Assembly: GCF_001194135.2 (NCBI RefSeq)
Contig: NC_068984.1
Span: forward strand, 33,288,894 to 33,352,893
DNA: 64,000 bases
Source of the DNA: Octopus bimaculoides
Taxonomy: Eukaryota
Direction: 5' to 3'
A program made the translations under genes and the position numbers. Shown in pieces: positions 1 to 13,104 of the stretch (positions are counted from its first letter, which is position 1; every line of letters begins with the position of its first letter). The notes under the pieces were generated by a model that was not told where the DNA came from, did no database searches, and saw only the letters and a program-made list of their open reading frames with translations.

Positions 1-261
1 GATTGAAGTTAATGAAAACAGCTAACCCATGGTATAGAAAGTTCAGTTAAATAAAATTAGTTGCAAGTAGAGCCTTAGCTGAGATGGCGGGTACAGGCTC
101 TTGTGGGAGGGGGTATTTATTGGCGGTTAAGTACTAATGCCCTCCGTATTCCAAATTAGGTTCATAGTTGAAAGAACTGGATTTATTAAAGGGGGTAAGA
201 AGGTTATATTAAGGAGCCCTTAGACGGTTATTCCAACCGCTAAATCTACTTACCTGTATGT

Positions 262-295
<34 letters not shown>

Positions 296-366
296 ATNNN
301 NNNNNNNNNNNNNNNNNNNNNNNNNNNNNNNNNNNNNNNNNNNNNNNNNNNNNNNNNNNNNNNNNN

Positions 367-450
367 TATATATATGTGTGTGTGTTAGATTGATAGGTAG
401 ATAGATAGATACAGAACTACACACACATGTATATGTATATCTATATATCA

Positions 451-483
<33 letters not shown>

Positions 484-494
484 CGCGCGTGTGT

Positions 495-526
<32 letters not shown>

Positions 527-600
527 TAGATTGATAGGTAGATAGATAGCTATAGACATACACACACATGTATATGTATATCTATATATCAATATATACA
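367..600. repeat. Imperfect tandem duplication, period about 141 bp, built from TA/TG/GATA microsatellites
   Basis: GTTAGATTGATAGGTAGATAGATAG...CACACACATGTATATGTATATCTATATATCAATATATA occurs at about 384 and again at about 525. Confidence 0.85.
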
Positions 601-2371
601 TAAATATAAATGAGGCAATGCATTATAAATAAACAACGACAGATAAAATCGTATACGTATATTGAGTGTACAACCGGACGGAGGACAGACGCAGAATGTC
701 CCTAATTCTTCATCAGTTATCGACCATATGGTAATACTCAGTTTTGCATCCTACATATGTTTGTGTGTGTGCGTATGTGTGTGAGTGTGTGATATACAGC
801 CGTAATACTTTCTTTCTGTATCTATCTACATAACTTTTAACTCGTTTTGTACTCTGCCCCACCCAGTTGATATCACTGCTTTATTAAATAGCGCAAACAA
901 CAGCAACAACAACATATACGAACCTCTCCGAATCACAACCTACAGGTCTAGAGTATAAAAATGTCTTTAACAGCAGGCTGAATTGAATTAAATTAATTAA
1001 ATAGTTTATGCGTAAACTTTATGTGTAAAATATAAAACAACTGCCATTAAATACTACATAACATTCGAAACGTGAAATATATCAAAGATAAAAAAAAAAA
1101 GAAAGCGAATATAGAAATCATATTCTAAAATTAAAATAATATGGTAAATAAAATGTATGACTTTTACATATTAATATTGTGCGTTCATATTCGTATGAGT
1201 GTGTGTTTTTGTATGTGTGTATGTGTGTTGTGTAAGCCTTTGTACGTTTGAGTTATCATATATACGCACATATATCAATACATACACATACATGAAAACA
1301 AATTGTTTTTAAGATACATTTACTATATATGCATGTATAATACGTCAACGAAGAGCATCTTGCACATACCGACACATATGTACACACAGTCTCACACAAT
1401 TGCACAAACACATATAAACATATACACTCATATGTGTGTGCGTATATGTGTGTACATGCATACCAATATACATACATAGATGAAGCAAATAGAAAAAGTC
1501 AGAGATATAATGGAATTATCTATAAAAATGTGATAAAGAAACATTGGAAAGTTCAGCAGGTGGAAACGTAATATATATAATACATTGAATTTTATCTTTT
1601 TGCGACATATTATATACTGTATGAAAGCCGATTCATATTGATATATTACATTTAGTCTGGGCTCTCATCTTCATTTGATGCATCTGATGTCTGTAAACAG
1701 TTTGCTTTTGTATATCATGTGTCTGCCTCCCGAACATATGGCTTTCACGTTATCCTATTTATATAAGTATTTATATTATAACATTGATGATTGCAGCTAT
1801 TGGTTTTGCTTCCTATGAACAGGTGTAAAATATCGAAATGTTAGATTGTCCTATGGGTTTGTGTCATCTTAAATACTATGTATATGTATATGAAAGATTT
1901 GTCTCTGAATTTTAAATTTCATAAATGGTTTGGATGTTGCAACAAAATACACGCTTACATGTTAAATATATTCCAAATTAATATGCTTTACAATATTGTA
2001 AAGAACTCATTAAAGATATAAGGTACAGAGTCAATATTATCTACTGTAACAATATCTGCTATGTTGTAACTTGCTATAAAAAACTGATAATGGTTCCATT
2101 AGGGAAACTATTTACGTTAATGCAACCTAAACGCATAAATATAAAAGAGAACTAAAATAGTCCTCCTTTCTCTTGAGCTTTATTGTCACACTTTTTCTTT
2201 ACTCTTTCCCCTCCTCACCCTCTATTTCTCTCTCATTCTGTCTTTCTCTCCCTCCCTCCCTCNNNNNNNNNNNNNNNNNNNNNNNNNNNNNNNNNNNNNN
2301 NNNNNNNNNNNNNNNNNNNNNNNNNNNNNNNNNNNNNNNNNNNNNNNNNNNNNNNNNNNNNNNNNNNNNNN

Positions 2372-2402
<31 letters not shown>

Positions 2403-2584
2403 AAATACGTATCTTTTATTAATGCTTTTATGATATAAGTTGTCTTAATAAATAAGAATTACACTTAAACACACATACACACACACATGCATACGCACTC
2501 ACACGCGCACGCACATATATATCTACATGTGTGTGTGTTTGCGTGTATGTGTGTGCGTGTGTGTATGTGTGTGTGTGTCTTTGC

Positions 2585-2617
<33 letters not shown>

Positions 2618-3898
2618 AACATGATAACCGTCAGGATAATATATCCCTTTAAACTCGTATCGGGATACACACGCACTTACAAACACACACACATATATAC
2701 ATATACTACACAAATTTTAAAGAACCTGAAGAGGACGTAAAAAACCAAGCACGGTGCAGTTTATATTCACGAAAATTAGAAAAGGCTTTTATGTTTCGAG
2801 CATTCGTTCTTCTACAGAAAGTATAGTCGAAGAAATGAAAAAAAAAAAAAAACGGACTGAGAAAATAAGAAACCTGTCTCAGTTACTCGGGGCGTAACTG
2901 GTAAGAGAAACAACTTTGATTTCAAATAGAGGCGTCAGATAACATCCGCGGTGAGCTAATGCTTGAGATGAAACTTATGATATTGTCTCGTACATGTAAC
3001 ATATACATATATGTGCAGATATATTACAACCATATATATATATATACCTTTCTCTCTCTATCTCTGTCTCTGCCTCTCTCTGTTCTAGCCTCAACACGGC
3101 TGAATCTCTAATAAGACGAAATCGATGACCCATAAAGATTATAATACCTACTTACCGAAGAGATATCTTCACATGGAACATATACGCAAGCGCATTCATG
3201 TACATATATAGACACACTAAGTTAGTAACATATTTACAAAGCTCCGTAACTGTCTTAATACAAAACATTATGTACCTTTGTTACCCACTGTCTTTTATTT
3301 TATGAAAAAAGATATTAAATCTCAAAGAAAACATACATACACGACAGCTTACATTTCAGGACTGATGAAGGAGATTCTACCTTTGTCAACTGGTTTGGTT
3401 GTAGTTGTATCTAGATGCGTATTTTGCTGAGTTTGTTGCCTGATTGTGACTGTTGATGTTTGCATAAGTTTTTGCTAGTGCACAATAATGAATTGTACAT
3501 CCCTTCGGAACTGTTATGCTCTTCTATAAGTGATACTGAAAATCATTGTTTTGTAGAAAGCCAAAAAACCGTAACAAATGAAACCTCGAATTGTATGAAC
3601 ATTTCGAAATTTATTTCAACTTAGAAACAATAAATGCAAACATGCCAATTGTAATGACATGAATTGAGAAGTAATACTGTTGTACAAAGGAACTCTTCAA
3701 ATGCATTAAAAAGGAATAATCAATGAGAAAATAATTTCGTGGCTATTATAAAAAGTGATATAAATGTCTTGTATTATCGTTAGAATTGTAATTTATCATG
3801 TTTGATTTAAAATTTTATTTTAACAAACCATAAACAATATTTTAAAATTGATACCATGATTAATTGTCTTTTATATTGATTTGTTTTATTTCCAACAG

Positions 3899-4074
3899 AA
3901 ATAGTTATATTTAAAATTGAAGTGGAGAATATTTTAACCAGTTTTCGATAATTGATTTTTCTCGACAAAATCTCAAGAATATTAAAATATTTTTTCCCAT
4001 AAATTGGAAACGAATTTACTAGAAATATAATATTACTTCCACAAAACCGAAAACAATGGAAATTATATTTGAAG
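3899..4074 (+). CDS. Candidate exon containing a start codon (5' UTR then MEIIFE, phase-1 donor)
   Basis: Acceptor ttgttttatttccaacag|3899, ATG at 4056 in good context (aaacaATGG), donor AAG|GTGAGT at 4075. No homology recognised. Confidence 0.25.
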
Positions 4075-4302
4075 GTGAGTTATATTATTCTTCATTGATG
4101 AGTTAAATATTGACATTGTAATAGAAAAGGAGCTTAAACTTAAAAATAAAAGGTAAGCTTCACTTGGATGCAGAGTATTGTACATCAACATCCTTCTGAA
4201 GAGTGTGACCATGATGTAACATATAGAAGCATTCGCAAATTTTCTGAATTACTGTTTAACACAAATTAATCATACGTTTGTTTCTTTGTTTTATCATTTC
4301 AG

Positions 4303-4347
4303 TACTTGATATTACAAGTTCTTTTTTGTTTTGGGTTTGTTTTTTGT
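4303..4347 (+). CDS. Candidate 45-nt exon; joined to 4074 it reads MEIIFE-VLDITSSFLFWVCFL (hydrophobic)
   Basis: Acceptor tttctttgttttatcatttcag|4303, donor |GTAAGA at 4348. The frame is open and phase-compatible with the 4074 donor. Confidence 0.2.
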
Positions 4348-4980
4348 GTAAGAGTGATCGTATCGAACGTTGATGCATTGAAATAAATGAATTTGGGCAA
4401 TAACTAAATGAGACTCATAGAATTGGTTTAGAAGCATTTCATTAACACGTAATTAGCATTATATTACAGTGCGATATGTGTGTGGTGTATAGCTTATTAC
4501 TTGTGTAGCCACTGTATCAAACAACTGTAACAAATTGATTAGGCTACATGAAACCTTGCTTTGTTTTGCTTTGGTTTTTATCGAACTAAAAGATAACATC
4601 ACACAAGTAGATATGTGTTTACGGTTGGTGTTATAATTTCTTCATGAAATATGAACATAATATGATGTTTAATATTTCTTTCTGCATATTTGATTTGCTA
4701 TTATGTTGATGTGAAATCATGGGTTGAAATAAATGTTGTATCTTGAGAGTGTTATAATGCTAATAAAACTCACACGCACGGGTTCTTTTCAATTTCTGTT
4801 ATTATCATTAACCAAATAACTATACATTTACCCAGAAAAATAATTGATAATTTCATTAATTGTATGTTCAAATAATTACTTAATTAAGGTTTATTAAAGT
4901 CTATTCGTTGCCTTTTGGTACATTACAAATGACATGCCCTCGTTATTCCAGGTCTGTCTGTTTAAGCTTAATGATATAAA

Positions 4981-5732
4981 TATACGGGGATCGAATTGCA
5001 ACGTAGTGTATCTTTGATTTCCAGTGCTTGTCGTCGATATTTGCGATGGCTGAAACGAAGGCACACCGTGCTTCCGTGATATTTTATTTTCTGCTGGGGA
5101 ACTGTCATCGTGCTTGAAACTGCTTGCAAGGGCGCTGCTATGAGCAAAACATAAGTTTAGGAGTGGTTTTCATGCTTTGGAAAAGTCCCTTATTGCTTGA
5201 AGAGGAGCCTCGTTCCGGGTGACCACCAACCTCACGAGTTAATAAAAACATCACGAAAATTCATGAACGGATCTTGGAGGATCGTCGCTGAAAAATTGCT
5301 GAACTTGTCGATATGACTGGTTTGCCCTGGAGCATGTGACAACAAAGTTTTAGCGAGGAATTGCGAATGAAAAGAGTTGCAGCAAAAATCGTGCCTCACT
5401 TGCACTAAAGCAGTCACGATTGAATGTCTGTCGCGAACTGAAAGAAGAGTTAGAAGTAGATCCGGACCTTTTTTCAAAGGTCAGCACTGGTGACGGAAGC
5501 TGGAGCTATGGAACTTTCAGATTTGGAGCAGGTGAAGAAAAAAATGATACAAACTCTAAAACCTATCACTGTGCAAGAGTTCCAGCACTGCTTCGTATAG
5601 TGGAAAACGCCTCTCAACCGACGCATTGCTTCAAATGGAGATTATTCTTCAGGCACTAAAAGTGTAAACCTGTAAAACTAAGAGAATAAAATAATATTGC
5701 AAAATACCAGTTTCTTTTGGGTACCACCTCTA
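4981..5732 (+). mobile_element. Decayed, internally deleted mariner (Tc1/mariner) DNA transposon
   Basis: Translation across stops and frameshifts gives EEEPRSG*PPTS...KIHERILEDRR*KIAEL...EELRMKRVAAKIVP (HTH and linker), then VCRELKEELEVDPDLFSKVSTGDGSW (first catalytic Asp, TGDETW-like). The C-terminus EFQHCF.*WK...IASNGDY follows. A TIR-like end GGGTACCACCTCTA is followed by TA. Confidence 0.9.
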
Positions 5733-5733
5733 T

Positions 5734-5777
<44 letters not shown>

Positions 5778-7473
5778 AAAACAGAAATCAGGGAAACTAG
5801 TGCTGGTCTCTGGGTGTTAATATATGTGTCTGTAAGTACATGCATGTATTACTCTTTTTGATTGCACATATTTACGAAACTACTAACAATTTAAGTACTC
5901 CATTCCCTACTCTACTCTGACCAATCAATTTCTATTTACTTATTATTCTCTTTTCAATCTCCGATTTTTTTCCTCGTAGCTTCCTTCTTTCCACACGTTC
6001 GATTTCTCTCTAAGGAAATTGTTGTTCAGAATTGTCAGTAAACTATTCTGAGAATAGCATTTCCACTTTAATATCTTTTTGCCAAATATTTATTGATATA
6101 AGATTTAGATTTTAGCATCCACTATATTTATATAAAATATCAAGCAGTATTTTTTAAGGGTCAAAGTTTGTGGAGAACAATTACACTTAATAAATATCTA
6201 ACTCTATAAAATATTTGAAGAAAGACATGGTTCTTTTGCTTACATAATATGATTATAGATAATTGTATGTTAATAATCAGTTTTCTACAGGATTTCATAT
6301 AAAACAAAACGTATACATTTTTAAGTTATTGAAAACAACTAAATTAATTATGTCTGCGACCAAAACGTTTTTTGATGGGAGGTTGATGAATTGTTAGCTG
6401 CCGAATTAAAAAATTACAAAGAAATTATCCTATCACGTACTGTTACTTCACAGCCTCTATTATTGTATTTTAACATTTTACCCAATTGTCGTTTATTTTT
6501 ACTATTAATTGCCTTATTTAAACAGACTATATTAGTGTAACTAATATGTGTAATTTTGAAAAATAAGTATCGAGCAATGTTCAGACTACTTCAGCTACAG
6601 AAAGCGGTGTCTGCATCACTGTAGCTTTAGTCGCTCATTAACAGGAAGAGAAAGATGCACTTTACAAGATCACGTTGCTTACGCTAAAACGTATCTTATT
6701 TCTTCTTCAGTTATTTTCTCATGTCTTTCAGCAACGTTTGCCAACAACATTGATTGTTTTATTGCGCTATATGTTACATTTAAGTGCTTCTTTAGATATA
6801 TATTCTTTTGGACTTTTATATATTTCAGACATATAATAAGCATTCAGAATTTAAATTGCACGAAAATCGCATATTTAAAGATAAATACGACTTGGTATTT
6901 GTAATATGCCTGCAATCTTCGCAATGAAAAATTGAAGTGGTATTTAACTGCATGCTCATCTGTCGCCAGAAAAAGCTAGCAACATAATTTGTTTTTGCAT
7001 ATTTTACCGCCGATTCGGAGATTGTTTTTACTATGCAGAGACTACTTGATTGTTATTACAGAACACACAAACCTGAATTGAAATGACCTGGATTGAATAA
7101 CATGGCAAACCCTACACAATATAGAGCAGATTTAATTAAGTCGAACGTGTAAAAGTTTTCAGTCTTGTATAATTAAGAGTAGACTTCTGTACGAGACTGC
7201 TGTTTACTATATTTATTGTTATAGGTTGTTATTCTCACAATGGTCACGAAAGCAAGCACCATATTTGTCAAAACAACCCCTATACTTTAGTTTGAGAAGA
7301 TTCGGTAATAATATCGATTTCTTTGCACGGAAATATAACGGATCAGCGAATACCATGATTGAAATATATTCATACCAATTTAATTAACACGATTTCCGTT
7401 AGAAATGAGTCAACGTACATTTACTCTCGTCTTATTTACATTTTCATCCGTAGAAAGGAGTTAACACAAATGT

Positions 7474-7506
<33 letters not shown>

Positions 7507-7900
7507 TCAATAAAAGACAGAAGATGGAATATACGAGAATACATTATTAATCATAACAATTGTTTTGACACATCTAATATCGTTCCCTCACGGGTGGGAC
7601 ACTTAACAACTGATTCAGAAGCATCCGGCGGCGCCGATCTGAGTCATCGGGTGATAAATAGACAAAACTCGAAACGCGGAGTAGATAAAACTGGAGACAA
7701 CGGATGAAGGAAATGTTCTTTATGTTGCATGTCTCGTTTCTCTGTTTGCTTTTTCCTTGTTTTTGTTTTTTATGCTCTCGTTTCTCATTCTGACCACGTA
7801 TTTTTTTTATGTCCGTACCCATATATGCATGTATATATACATATATATGTAGGTACGTACATATATGTATGTATATATGCATGAATTTATATATTATCTA

Positions 7901-8055
<155 letters not shown>

Positions 8056-8498
8056 TGTGTGATTGAGAGAGAGGGGAGAGAGATATATACGTGTATATAT
8101 AGAAACATGTATGTTTGTATAGTGTATGCGTGTGTTTGTGCATGTATTAGTAAAATTAAAGGTAACTTTGTTGATGTTTATAGAAAAATATCTACATATT
8201 TGTAAGTATTAATATTAATTTAGTTCATATATTATAATACGTAGAGGACAAAACATTTCAGTGTAACATGTATGTTACTAGAAATGTATATGAATGCTTC
8301 ATATATTGTGTGTGCAATTAAATGTAAGATTACTACTATATCAGTTAGAGCTCCACATAGGTTATCCTTATCCTGTCAGTTTCTATTATAGTGGTTAGAC
8401 GCCCACTTTACTTAGTTATGTTACTATTTATGATATACAGAGCAAATGTAGGTGAGAATTAAGACACACACAAGTTTAAATCATAAGTTCCAACTTTT

Positions 8499-8606
8499 GT
8501 TTCAGCATAATGGTTATTTGGAACTCAGCATTGGAGGTTCGAGAAGTATTCGCATGCCTAACCACAACATCCAATGCTGAGTTCCAAATAACCATTATGC
8601 TGAAAC
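8499..8606. other. Perfect inverted repeat: 37-bp arms, 34-nt spacer
   Basis: 8499-8535 GTTTCAGCATAATGGTTATTTGGAACTCAGCATTGGA is the exact reverse complement of 8570-8606 TCCAATGCTGAGTTCCAAATAACCATTATGCTGAAAC. Confidence 0.97.
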
Positions 8607-9105
8607 GTACGTAAGAGCTACTCATTCATTGTTGTACTTATATTATTTTCCTCTTATCAATGTTTCATAGATTTACAGAAATACCTCCTGAAGAAAAAAG
8701 TCATATAATCTCTTTCGTTTCAGCAAATGTATTTCATTATATTCTCCAGAAACATTTGTATCAGTTTCATTAGATAGATCCAAATAATTTAGCGAATAAA
8801 ACAGTTGTTGCTTGGTTACTGTTTAATTTATTGTATGATGCATTATCTTTACACTTGTAATTTGCATTATTTTGACACCATAGAAGCACGGTTGCCCGTA
8901 ATAATAACAACAGAAATGCAGCAATAATACTATTATATTTATTTCAAAATATGCACAGCAAACCACGGCTACAAAGCAAAAATACTTTAACATGCACCTG
9001 CGTTTTTGCAGAGATCATAAAATCCGGAATAGAAAGTTTTGCATTGAAGTGATTCTCAGTGGGGCAATTACTATGAGCTAGCATCTAATGTCTAGATATA
9101 ATATT

Positions 9106-9278
9106 GGCTTCAAAGTTTGGTACAAGACCTGCTATTTCAAGAAAAACGGTATCTAGATTACATCGACCCCAGCGCTCACCTGGTACATCTTTATCAACCC
9201 TGAACTCAGAACCTAAAGACGGATGAAATGCCACTAAGCATTTACCCGGCGTGCTAGCGAAACTGCAAGCTCGCCGCC
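9106..9278 (-). mobile_element. tRNA-headed SINE, family A (head GGCGGCGAGC...), internally deleted
   Basis: The reverse complement begins GGCGGCGAGCTTGCAG...GCTAGCACGCCGGGTAAATGCTTAGTGGCATTTCA...GTTCTGAGTTCA and ends GGGGTCGATGTAATC...ACCAAACTTTGAAGCC. It matches the other copies in the window. Confidence 0.8.
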
Positions 9279-9439
9279 ATAATGTCTAAAGTTAATATGC
9301 TAGGTAAACACTAATAAACGTCAATGACCTTCCAATATGCTACAATGTTGATCTCTATAAAGGAATTATTTGGTATAACAATTTGCGCTAACTCTCCAGT
9401 TATTTTAAGCAGTTGGCTATGTACATGATCATCTGTAAT

Positions 9440-9500
9440 TACGTTATATTCCAGCAAGATGGTTCACCTGCCATTATGCAAAATGCATCAAATGAAGCGT
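9440..9500 (+). mobile_element. Tiny Tc1/mariner transposase relic
   Basis: TACGTTATATTCCAGCAAGATGGTTCACCTGCC reads YVIFQQDGSPA, resembling the second catalytic Asp motif FQQDGAPAH. Confidence 0.45.
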
Positions 9501-11559
9501 AAACCATTATGATATTACACTATTAATTAAATAGATGGATCCAAATACTAACATGAACACTTTAGAATAGGCAAAGAGACATAACAAAGAAAATTACGTG
9601 TTATAACGCTTCATTAATTTCGGTTTTAAAAGAGAAAATACTGCTGGTTTCATTACAGGAGATAACTCAGGAATACGGCAAGCATTTTCAAAGCGTATCT
9701 GACTGCATGACTGGTCTTTTGCAGCCAAATGTCGAGGACTGACATATCTCAAACTGAATTGTGTAAAACATCATTTCCATTAGTGTAGCCAGATTTTTTT
9801 TTACCAGAGTTAAATGTATGTATATGCGTATATGTCTGCAAATGTGTACGTATATCTGTATATCTCACTCCCAGTGTTTCTCCTTCTCAATATATGTATA
9901 TTTATGAATGTAGATATATGTAACTATGTGTATTTGTATAAGCGTGTGAATAAAATATACAAGTCTTAATCTCTTTAAACCGATTTGTTACTTTATATTT
10001 CTCATTGGAATGAGAAGCTTGTCGTATTTCTTGTAATAACTTCGCCTAAACAACAACACCCGCTTTGATAGTATTGCATCCGCTAAATTCAATAGTCAGC
10101 TGCATTTTTAATTAATTCAACATTTTAAAATGTTGATCCATATGTAAGATGAAAAATTACAAAATAAATTCTCATTTATAGAATTAATAACTGTAATTAT
10201 ACAAATTTCTCGTGGCTATTTCAGCAAAATGACTGCTATATATAAATTATTTTATCTTTTAACTGCTATATTTCTGCAATTTTGTTTACACAATACTTTT
10301 TGATTATATTTCTTCCAACAATTTACCATTTTGCATTCAAAGAAAACATTCCTCGCCATTTCTGTCTCCATGCCTTATATTTTGCCTGTTATATCTGAAT
10401 ATCTCTTGAAAGAATAGATATAAATAACCTCGCCCCAGCAAATGGCGGCATACAACTATTAAATAAAAGATATATTTCTATTTAGCCTTGCGCAAACTGT
10501 TGCACAGCAATCTCTTGGCAACAACTTCATAAGATATTTTAAAACCTATGTTGTTTCTTTATTTTTAAACAGAAAATCCCTCCTGATCAACCTTGCATAT
10601 TATAGGCGGACGACTCAATGAACATTCTGTAATTTATGCTCATATTTTCCATTAGCGTCATCTTAGCATGTACTTTATTTTACACAGGTTTTGCTGGCGA
10701 AATTTAGTTTCTAAATCTTGCATGTCCTACACATTGATTAGAGACTCAAAACAAAGTTGTCGTCAGTATAAAGTGAAGCTGTTCATTATATTGAATTGCT
10801 AATTACGATGCGCAGTTTGTTTTGAGAATTCGCTAATATTGATGTTAAGCTCCAAGTATGCATCAATTGTACAAATTTATAAGGAAGAGTGTTTAAGCCG
10901 TGTCTGCCCATTCATTCTTTATAGTTAGGAATGCATTGTGCAACATGTCTTTCTCTAATTAAGATGCTAACTCTGGTACATGGGTAAATTTGTTAACTAT
11001 TACATTGAAGTTGTGCATCAATGTCGTTGTTGTCGGTCATTGAATACGCATTTAAGAACTATGCATTAAAGACCTATAAGCAAAATCCCCATGAAGTAAA
11101 ACGGTGTTACAAAATTTCAGATGTACAAGGCGTATTGTAGACAGATATTGTATTATAAAAAAAAGCAACTGACGATATTCATAAGGATCTAAATACTAGT
11201 TCCATTCTAAATAAACAACTACTATCATATGATCAAGGTCATCACAATCAGATATGTTCATTAAGAGACCAATGATACAAACGTTTACACCTCCATCCTC
11301 ACTATCAGGAGGACGACGTGGCTTCTTTGTTCACTCTATCAACTGAAAATTTCACCACACGAAATTGTCTCAGGAAAAAGCAAACATTGGATCACGTGCT
11401 ACTGGGTTGACTGAATGATCCAAACGGGGACGAATTCGGTAATAGTTATACACTCGATGAGAACTGTGATAATGAATTTATCAAAAAGAACATCATATAT
11501 ATTACACTTTGCTGACAATGTATAATATTTTGCTGGTTATAATGGGAAGTGCCAGCTGT

Positions 11560-11844
11560 TCACAACCAGCAGAGTAAGGTGACACTTGTTTAATGGTCAT
11601 GCTTCAAGAACCCACAGAAGAAATCTTGCATTTCCAAGCAGTGCAGATTTATGTAGCTGTTCTAATTTCACACATGTATAGGCTATTTTGAACTATGTTG
11701 GTGGTTGAGTGCTGATAATTCGAAGTTCGCCAATTACTACTCTCCTCATTGACTACAATCTTTATATTTGCCACTTCAAATCGTCATAGTCTTTTCTTTT
11801 TTTCTTTCCCTTCCTCTTTGATGCTATTCTCAACTGGACATGCT

Positions 11845-11845
<1 letters not shown>
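11560..11845 (-). mobile_element. 5'-truncated RLE-type (R4/Dong-like) non-LTR retrotransposon 3' end
   Basis: The minus strand reads IACP...KE...DYDDLKWQI*RL*SMRR..VIG...LEQLHK...LEA*, the C-terminal restriction-like endonuclease region. The truncation point abuts the (ATC)n array at 11845. Confidence 0.75.
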
Positions 11846-11876
<31 letters not shown>

Positions 11877-12104
11877 TATTATTATTTTCATTATCATCTT
11901 TCAATATTGTTTCCATTTCTTACCGACTGTCTTCCTGACACCTGTGGCAGAGAAACGCACTGTATACATTGGTAGGCCATTAAAATTAACACACTAGATT
12001 GTTCATTTGCGAAGTCATGTGATAGAGAAAAAGGGAAGAAAACAGGAAGAAAGATGAAAACTAATAAATACAAAAGTAAACAAAGAACATAAAGGGGGAA
12101 AAGG

Positions 12105-12630
12105 GAAAGGAATTTCACAGTGACAAGGCTCTTCTCAGTACGTGTGACGTACCGGATAAGACAATCTTTTGCTCTTCCTGCATGGATAGTAATCCAGGGA
12201 TCATTCTTCAATAATTTTCAGTTTCCTTTTTGATCATTCCAAATGCTCTTACAATCACTGGTATTGTAACCGTCTTGAGATGTCACATCATTTCGATTTC
12301 GATTAACAGATCTTTATATTTTCTGAGCTTAGCACATTATTTTACCGAGATATTCTGGTCATAGAGAATGCTCATGTCAATCAATAAACAGACCTTATTG
12401 ATTTTTGTCTTTCACGACAATATTTGGTTTATTTGCTTTCTTGGTCCGGACTGTATGTATTGGAAAGTCCCAAATAATCGTTACAATTTCTCCATCAGTT
12501 ACAGGGGGTGCTTGTACCATTTGTCAGCAGTTTTGATTTTATAATTTCGATAAATCATCCAGTGTAGATATTGGCCATCTCTGTCATGTCTTGATTTGTA
12601 CTCTACATATGCTAAAACCTTATATCCAGA
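12105..12630 (-). mobile_element. RLE-type non-LTR retrotransposon 3' end (zinc knuckle tail to endonuclease)
   Basis: The minus strand reads HDRDGQYLHWMI..NYKIKTADKWYKH...KINKVCLLIDMSILYDQNISVK..KLRKYKDLLIEIEMM*HLKTVTIPVIV.AFGMIKK...IVLSGTSHVLRRALSL*. This is the PD..D-(E)xxK nuclease context. Confidence 0.9.
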
Positions 12631-12639
12631 GATTAGTTG

Positions 12640-13035
12640 GGCCACTGTTGTCTTTCTTTTTCTTTTTTTTTTCTACTGCATGCTTGGAGATGCAAGTAGT
12701 GCTGATTTTTTTAGGTGTTCTACCTTCACATTTGCACTAATTGTGTTGAGCCATGTTGGTAGTTGAGTGGGGATACTTCCAAGTGCACCAATTACTATTG
12801 GCATCGCGTCTTCTCTCTTCATTGCCTACAAACTTTGTATTTCCCACTTCAAATCGTCATAGTTGCTTATTTTTTCTTCCTCTTCCCCTTCGATCCTATT
12901 GTCAAGGAGGCATGCTATATCGATAATCATTCACGTTCATTCTTTTTTATTCACCACAGCAATGCCCGGTTTCTTATGTCTGGTCAGTTGATCTCACTGG
13001 ATCATTATATCTCACAGGATTTTGCTGTTCATTAT
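12640..13035 (-). mobile_element. RLE-type non-LTR retrotransposon 3' end, paralogous to 11560-11845
   Basis: The minus strand reads NEQQ.IL.DIMIQ*DQLTRHKKPGIAVVNKKE...IIDIAC...YDDLKW. It shares CCACTTCAAATCGTCATAGT with the 11790 copy. The 5' break abuts (TTG)n at about 13036. Confidence 0.8.
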
Positions 13036-13104
13036 CATTATTGCTGTTGTTGTTGTTGTTGTTGTTGTTGTTGCTGTTGTTGTTGTTGTTGTGGATCAGA
13101 CCTA

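Noticed and set aside
3356-3535. Minus-strand exon candidate with good acceptor and GTAAGC donor
   Set aside because: All three frames from that acceptor hit stops before the donor. Alternative acceptors give unrecognisable peptides.
7477-7707. 76-aa ORF with a GC-richer 3' half
   Set aside because: It begins inside a (GT)n array, has no splice or homology support, and is probably part of an unclassified repeat.
8679-10628. Two similar acceptor-proximal segments (cagAAATACCTCCTGAAGAA and cagAAAATCCCTCCTGATCAA) suggesting duplicated exons
   Set aside because: Similarity is limited to about 20 nt, and the second has stops in all plausible frames.
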